DNA of 64,000 nt. Origin: a virus (lineage: Duplodnaviria > Caudoviricetes). The stretch covers positions 1 through 64,000 of IMG/VR virus record IMGVR_UViG_3300025875_000006; one strand, written 5' to 3'. Shown here piece by piece: positions 59,646 through 64,000 of this stretch. The notes beneath the pieces are model-generated. The model searched no databases and was not told where the DNA came from. It worked only from the letters and a program-made list of their open reading frames with translations. Within the stretch, counting starts at the first letter, position 1. Every line of letters starts with the position of its first letter. Position numbers and translations under genes: made by a program.

Positions 59646-59743
59646 GGCACAGAGGGGGCGCTGCGCCACTTCCAGTCCAACGCCGATCGCTTGACGCTTC
59701 ACCCCGCCCGGTCAAGTGATCTTGACGGCACAGAGGGGGCGCT
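59646..59743 (+). repeat. 17-bp direct repeat pair flanking a palindrome
   Basis: GGCACAGAGGGGGCGCT at 59646 and 59727; GTCAAG-tgat-CTTGAC at 59711-59726. Confidence 0.75.
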
Positions 59744-59819
59744 TCGTCCCGGCACGCAGAAGGGCCCCAGACAGCGGGGGAGTGCTGCCTGGGGCCCTTC
59801 CAGCGTGGGACCGTTCTGC

Positions 59820-60179
59820 TCAGCCGTCCAGGGCAGCGCGCCGTCGCTCCACGTAGTCCAGCGGGTCGCCGCCGACACGCTCGGCGATCTCCAGCCCGTA
59901 GGACAGGTGCCGGGTCACCGGCTGCCCGCAGCCGGGCACCACGCAGTCCGACGTCGTCCGGTAGGCGGCGGCCAGGATCCCCTTGCTGCGGTCCACCTCC
60001 TCGCGCTGGAGCGCGTGGTCACAGATGAGCTCGGCCATCGCGTCCGCGCAGCGCTGCTCGCGCGCCCGGTGGACCCTGTCAACCGTCACGCCGGTTGTGA
60101 CGTCCCGGCAGCGCACCAGCGGGGCGGCGTGGCAGACCGGGCAGCGGGTCTGCGGGGCGACGATCTTGACCTCAGCCAT
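59820..60179 (-). CDS. Zn-finger-like hypothetical
   Basis: CPVC..C..H and C..PGC motifs; GAGAGG RBS. Confidence 0.55.
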   Translation of the reverse strand: MAEVKIVAPQTRCPVCHAAPLVRCRDVTTGVTVDRVHRAREQRCADAMAELICDHALQREEVDRSKGILAAAYRTTSDCVVPGCGQPVTRHLSYGLEIAERVGGDPLDYVERRRAALDG

Positions 60180-60263
60180 TGGTGGTTCCTCTCGGGAAGG
60201 GGTGAAGGCCCTCCCCCGGGGAAGCGGGAGAGGGCCTTCGTGTCAACCGTGCCAGGGAGTCGG

Positions 60264-60380
60264 TCAGGAGTGCCCGGCGGTGACGGCCGGGCAGCCGGGC
60301 CGCAGGCACCGGTAGGTGTGCGGGACGTCGGTCCCCCACCACTGGTGGAGGCCCATCTGGCAGAGCAGGCGGCCGATCAC
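60264..60380 (-). CDS. 38-aa Cys/His peptide (DUF1660-like)
   Basis: MIGRLLCQMGLHQWW..YRCLRPGC. Confidence 0.5.
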   Translation of the reverse strand: MIGRLLCQMGLHQWWGTDVPHTYRCLRPGCPAVTAGHS

Positions 60381-61012
60381 CGCTGCGAGCTGGTGATCAG
60401 CTGTGCGCCCATCTTGCGCAGGTCGTCCAGCGACCTGCCGACCGTGGTAGGGCTGACCCCGGCGCAGAGGTCGGTGATCACCCGCACCTCGCGCAGCGCC
60501 GGGAGCCGCAGAGCGTCCAGCGTGGACTGGTAGACGCAGTAGTCCGTCGCCAGGCCCACGACGTCCAGGGCGTCGATGTTCCGGCGCTCCAGCTCACCGG
60601 CCAGACCGTGGTCCAGGCCCGCGTCCAGGGAGCCGTAGGACGGACGGCCCTGGAAGGCGGAGTAGTCCGGCTGGCCGTTGCCCTTCAGCACCTCGGTGAA
60701 CCGGCCCAGGCGCTCCCGGAGCTTCGGCAGCAACTCGGGGTGGAACTCCGCGCCCCGGGTGCCCTGGACGCAGTGCACGGGCCAGGTGGCCAGGAAGTCC
60801 GGGTCGAAGCCCGGCGCGGCGAAGTGGCCGCCGTTGAGGTCGGGCATCGGCCGGTGCCAGTCCCGGCTGGCGAAGACCATCGGGTAGAAGCCGGTGGTCA
60901 TCTCCAGCAGCTCGGCCGTGCGGGCGGCGACCTCGTTGCCACCCTCCACGGCGAGCGCGCCGCCCTCGGTGAAGTCCTGCTGCACGTCCACGATCAAGAG
61001 ACCACGTGTCAT
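60377..61012 (-). CDS. pncA: Nicotinamidase/pyrazinamidase (isochorismatase family)
   Basis: LLIVDVQQDF.EGGALAV.GG, SRDWH, WPVHCVQGT.GAEFHP, VVGLATDYCV. Confidence 0.88.
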   Translation of the reverse strand: MTRGLLIVDVQQDFTEGGALAVEGGNEVAARTAELLEMTTGFYPMVFASRDWHRPMPDLNGGHFAAPGFDPDFLATWPVHCVQGTRGAEFHPELLPKLRERLGRFTEVLKGNGQPDYSAFQGRPSYGSLDAGLDHGLAGELERRNIDALDVVGLATDYCVYQSTLDALRLPALREVRVITDLCAGVSPTTVGRSLDDLRKMGAQLITSSQR

Positions 61013-61014
61013 GG

Positions 61015-61476
61015 TCACCATCCCCTCTCGGTTCGGGCAGTTGCTGCTGCCTCGGCTGCTGCGTCCGGGGTGTCGAACACCCCGAGGTGCTGGGAGCCCA
61101 TGAAGGCCCGCCAGCGTTTGCCGCTGGGCATCACGCCCGGCGGCAGGTCGTGCTTGCGGGGCCTGCGCCCCACGTTGCGGTTGTTCTGCTGCTGCGTGCC
61201 GCCGCGCAGGTTCGCGCGGCGGTTGTCCAGCCGGTCTCGGTTGACGTGGTCGGTGTGGACCTTGTCGCCGTGCTGGAGGCCCAAGATCAGGCGGTGCATC
61301 AGCACGGCACGACCGCCGACGTAGCTGTGCGCGTAGCCAGCGGAGTGCAGGCGCCAGGTCTGAGTGCTCACCAGTGCGGCGTCTTCGTCGTCCACCAGGG
61401 CGTGCTGACCGGTGGGCTCGTCCTGCCCCCACCGGCCGTTGCCGACGTGCCGGTACAGCGGAATCTGCGTCGTCAC
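61015..61476 (-). CDS. HNH endonuclease with AP2-like C-terminus
   Basis: MHRLIL..TDHVNRDRLDNRRANLR; GV..KRWRA..HLGVFDT. Confidence 0.88.
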   Translation of the reverse strand: MTTQIPLYRHVGNGRWGQDEPTGQHALVDDEDAALVSTQTWRLHSAGYAHSYVGGRAVLMHRLILGLQHGDKVHTDHVNRDRLDNRRANLRGGTQQQNNRNVGRRPRKHDLPPGVMPSGKRWRAFMGSQHLGVFDTPDAAAEAAATARTERGW

Positions 61477-61481
61477 AGAAA

Positions 61482-61672
61482 CTACTGTAGGGCTACTTCG
61501 TCACCTCGGACAGGACGGGCCAGCCGTGCTGGTCGCGGACCACGAACGCGCGCCGGTCTGCCCAGTCCAGGCAGGCGTCGGCCGAGCCCGTGAACGTCGT
61601 CCACTCGTCGGACATCCGGTCCTTGCCCCGGACCGTGAAGGTCTGCTCGATGGTGCTGGTGCTCTGCGTCAT
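61482..61672 (-). CDS. Small hypothetical (MTQ start)
   Basis: MTQSTSTIEQ; TATGCT-N6-ATG. Confidence 0.6.
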
Positions 61673-61728
61673 GGGACGAGCATAGTTGAGACTGTTGAGA
61701 TACGCAAGACATACTTCGGTGTGTCAAC

Positions 61729-62007
61729 ATGGATGGCATGAGCATGAAGCAGGGGGACGCCGCCATCGCCGCCGACTGGGCCGCGAAGGGCTGGCTGAAC
61801 TACGTCCTGAACGTCACCCGCGAGCTGCCCGCCACCCACCCGGTGGACGACCGGATGCAGCAGGCCCTGGCCGGGGAGGAGCTGCCGCAGTGGCTGGAGG
61901 ACGCCGTCCGCGTCCGGCTGGTCGCGCTGCGCGGCGAAGCGCTGGTCGCCCAGGTGCACGCCCGAGCGGGCTGGCAGCCGGGTACCGATCTGGTTGACAC
62001 GCACTGA
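61729..62007 (+). CDS. Hypothetical protein
   Basis: 92 aa; promoter GTTGAGA ct GTTGAGA-N9-CATACT upstream. Confidence 0.55.
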   Translation: MDGMSMKQGDAAIAADWAAKGWLNYVLNVTRELPATHPVDDRMQQALAGEELPQWLEDAVRVRLVALRGEALVAQVHARAGWQPGTDLVDTH

Positions 62008-62020
62008 CAGACTCGCGCCC

Positions 62021-62467
62021 ATGACCAGCATCCCCGAGCCGAGCGCACCACCGCCCGCGTTCCAGCCGCCTGCGCCGGAGCTGCCACCCTTCGAGGACGT
62101 CCCGCCGCACCTGGCCAACCAGCCGATGCAGGCCGCCATCCCGCGCCCCATCGAGGCCGCCGCCGTGCACTTCCGGTCCCACGACCGGTGCCTGGCCGCG
62201 ATGGTGGTGGGCGTCAACGCCGAGGACCCGATGTCCCCGGTGTTCACGCTGGACCTGGTGGTCTTCGTCCCTGCGAAGGCCACTCGCAAGGCCGACCGGT
62301 TCACCGACCTCAACCGGCTGCCGGGCATCGTCCGCTGGGCGAACAACGTCAGCCACGCGCTGCCGGACCCGCACGACCCCGAGCGCGTCTGGCCGTCCAC
62401 GACCTGGCACTACGCCGGGCGCGACTGCCTGCCGGAGGTGGTCCTGCGTGGAGCAGAGCAGGGCTGA
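62021..62467 (+). CDS. Hypothetical protein
   Basis: TTGACA-N8-CAGACT-N7-ATG; Pro-rich N-terminus. Confidence 0.6.
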   Translation: MTSIPEPSAPPPAFQPPAPELPPFEDVPPHLANQPMQAAIPRPIEAAAVHFRSHDRCLAAMVVGVNAEDPMSPVFTLDLVVFVPAKATRKADRFTDLNRLPGIVRWANNVSHALPDPHDPERVWPSTTWHYAGRDCLPEVVLRGAEQG

Positions 62468-62759
62468 GCTGCCCAACCTGTCCGAGCTGAGTCACGAGCC
62501 CGTGGACGGGCCGACGCCGCTGAAGAAGGCGCACGCCAACGGTCTGCGCAAGACGGTCGCTCGGGTGAAGTCCTGGCTGAAGCCCGGCCAGGACCCGGAG
62601 ACGGCCGTGAAGGTCGCGCTGCTGACCTACCTGGGGGAGTGGAAGGTCACGTTCAACGAGGGCTCCCGTATCTCCCAGCTGACCAGCACCGAGCGGACGA
62701 TCTTCATGATCCGCGAGGACACCGTGGACAAGATCATCACGGAGATCAGCCGAGCCTGA
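62448..62759 (+). CDS. Hypothetical protein
   Basis: 103 aa coupled ORF. Confidence 0.55.
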   Translation: MEQSRAELPNLSELSHEPVDGPTPLKKAHANGLRKTVARVKSWLKPGQDPETAVKVALLTYLGEWKVTFNEGSRISQLTSTERTIFMIREDTVDKIITEISRA

Positions 62760-62830
62760 GACACTGGCTGGCCACACCCCGGCGGGTCCTGAGCCTGCAC
62801 CGCCGGGGTGTGGCCTGTCACGATGGTGGC

Positions 62831-63115
62831 ATGGCCATCGGCAAGCAGGAGATCGACAACCGCTTCGGATTCCACCCGGCCACACCGGAGACGATCCCGC
62901 TGCACGAGCAGGTGCGGACGCGCTTCGCCGAGCTGGCGTACTGGCTGGACGAGACGCTGCCTGACAGCCGGGAGAAGTCGCTGACCTTCACCGAACTTCA
63001 GGTGACGGCGATGCACGCCAACGCCACCATCGCCTGCAACCTGGCGCCCCTGGAGAAGCGGGCGGCTCCGCTGACGGGTTCCGAGGACGAGCCGCCGGGT
63101 TCGCACCTCGGGTGA
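62831..63115 (+). CDS. Acb2/Tad1-like anti-defence sponge protein
   Basis: IDNRFGFH...PDSREKSLTFTELQVTAMHANATIA. Confidence 0.65.
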   Translation: MAIGKQEIDNRFGFHPATPETIPLHEQVRTRFAELAYWLDETLPDSREKSLTFTELQVTAMHANATIACNLAPLEKRAAPLTGSEDEPPGSHLG

Positions 63116-63170
63116 GGCCCGGTAGCGTGGTGGTGCCGTCTGGTAACCCCGCGCAATCCTGGAGGCCCGT

Positions 63171-64000
63171 GTGGGCGCAACCGATGCCCTGAAGCTGCCG
63201 ATCCCCGAACTCACCGAGACAGCGGACGGGCCCGACGCCTTCAGCGACCTGGCCAACGCGGTCGAGGATTATGTCTACGACCGGGTCCTGCCCATCGGCG
63301 TCTCTCGTGCACCTTCGCACCACTGGGGTTCGGGCACTGCGCTCCCGACGGCCGCTGGTGGTCTGAAGGTCGGGGACACCTACACGCACACGGGTCTGGG
63401 AACCGACGGTTGCCTGATGCGCTACAGCGTTGCTGGCTGGCGGCAGGCCGAGGTGCCGCGCTTCGCCTCGATAGCAGCATTGACGGCGGCGGTGACCAAC
63501 TACGCTGCGCTGTTCTACCGGGGGTTCGATGCTTTCCAGGAGGACCGTCTCTACCGTCGGAAGTACGACGGTCAAGCCTGGATCTACGCCGGAACCTACG
63601 CCGACCCCGATACGGCAGATGCGGCACCGGGTGACTACCCGACGGCTTCTTGGCGGAGCACCGCTTTCCCTGCTCCGCACAACACAGTCACGCCCATCAA
63701 AAACTGGGACGCAGGTCGGGTCGATTCGTCAGTCGCCACCTATGACAACGTCACAGGTCTGTTCACGTTCGCAGAACGGGGACTGTACCGAGTACATCTG
63801 GAAGTTTTTTCTGATGCCGGGTACAAGCGCAACTCGATCATCTTCTCGCCCATGCCTGGCAACGCTCAGAGCGGCAACGGTGGGGTTCTGGAGGACTGCC
63901 GGTACGTGGATGGCACAGCGGCGTTCCCGAACTGCGGTCAACTTCGACAGACACTGACCGATTCCTACTACGCCGAGCAGGGCTGGACGATGAACTGGAG
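63171..64000 (+). CDS. Tail fibre / minor tail protein (runs off the right edge; missing from the ORF track)
   Basis: GGAGG RBS, GTG start, MGATDALKLPIPELTETADGPDAFSDLANAVE N-terminus, frame open to the window end. Confidence 0.7.
   Translation, partial: MGATDALKLPIPELTETADGPDAFSDLANAVEDYVYDRVLPIGVSRAPSHHWGSGTALPTAAGGLKVGDTYTHTGLGTDGCLMRYSVAGWRQAEVPRFASIAALTAAVTNYAALFYRGFDAFQEDRLYRRKYDGQAWIYAGTYADPDTADAAPGDYPTASWRSTAFPAPHNTVTPIKNWDAGRVDSSVATYDNVTGLFTFAERGLYRVHLEVFSDAGYKRNSIIFSPMPGNAQSGNGGVLEDCRYVDGTAAFPNCGQLRQTLTDSYYAEQGWTMNW

Larger units (their letters stand above)
325..61999. repeat. Dispersed GTTGACA/TGTCAAC motif, about 67 exact copies
   Basis: Counted by eye; see findings. Confidence 0.9.

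Noticed and set aside
325-61999. Dispersed motif as DnaA boxes or PHO/GlnR boxes
   Set aside because: It differs from TTGTCCACA at a conserved C, and the tandem period is 9 bp rather than the 11 bp of OmpR-family boxes

Overview
All 64 kb look like part of one tailed (siphovirus-like) actinobacteriophage genome, roughly 70-73% GC by eye. I saw no host genes, integrase, repressor cassette or CRISPR array. 1-11.6 kb (+) is the virion operon: end of major capsid, major tail, head-tail connectors, frameshifted tail chaperones, tape measure and minor tails. 12.4-37.9 kb (mostly -) holds early/accessory genes, a holin cassette, SNF2 helicase, RuvC-like nuclease, PolA, SSB, AAA ATPase and a Cas4-like exonuclease. 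37.9-55.2 kb (mostly +) holds prim-pol, a DUF3987-like helicase, a probable origin, a ParB/DGQHR-like protein and many small genes. 55-64 kb is mixed: exported proteins, tailspike, nicotinamidase, an Acb2/Tad1-like protein and a tail fibre. Three signals stand out. (1) A 158-nt oversized tRNA-like cloverleaf ending in ACCA, with its own promoter (18734-18891, -). (2) A 7-bp motif GTTGACA/TGTCAAC seen about 67 times genome-wide, including inside genes where it forces rare codons; in 9-bp-period tandem form it builds a family of leaderless promoters, many driving proteins that start MTQ. (3) A second promoter-driven structured non-coding RNA (49911-50110). All family assignments come from motif recognition by eye, not database searches.
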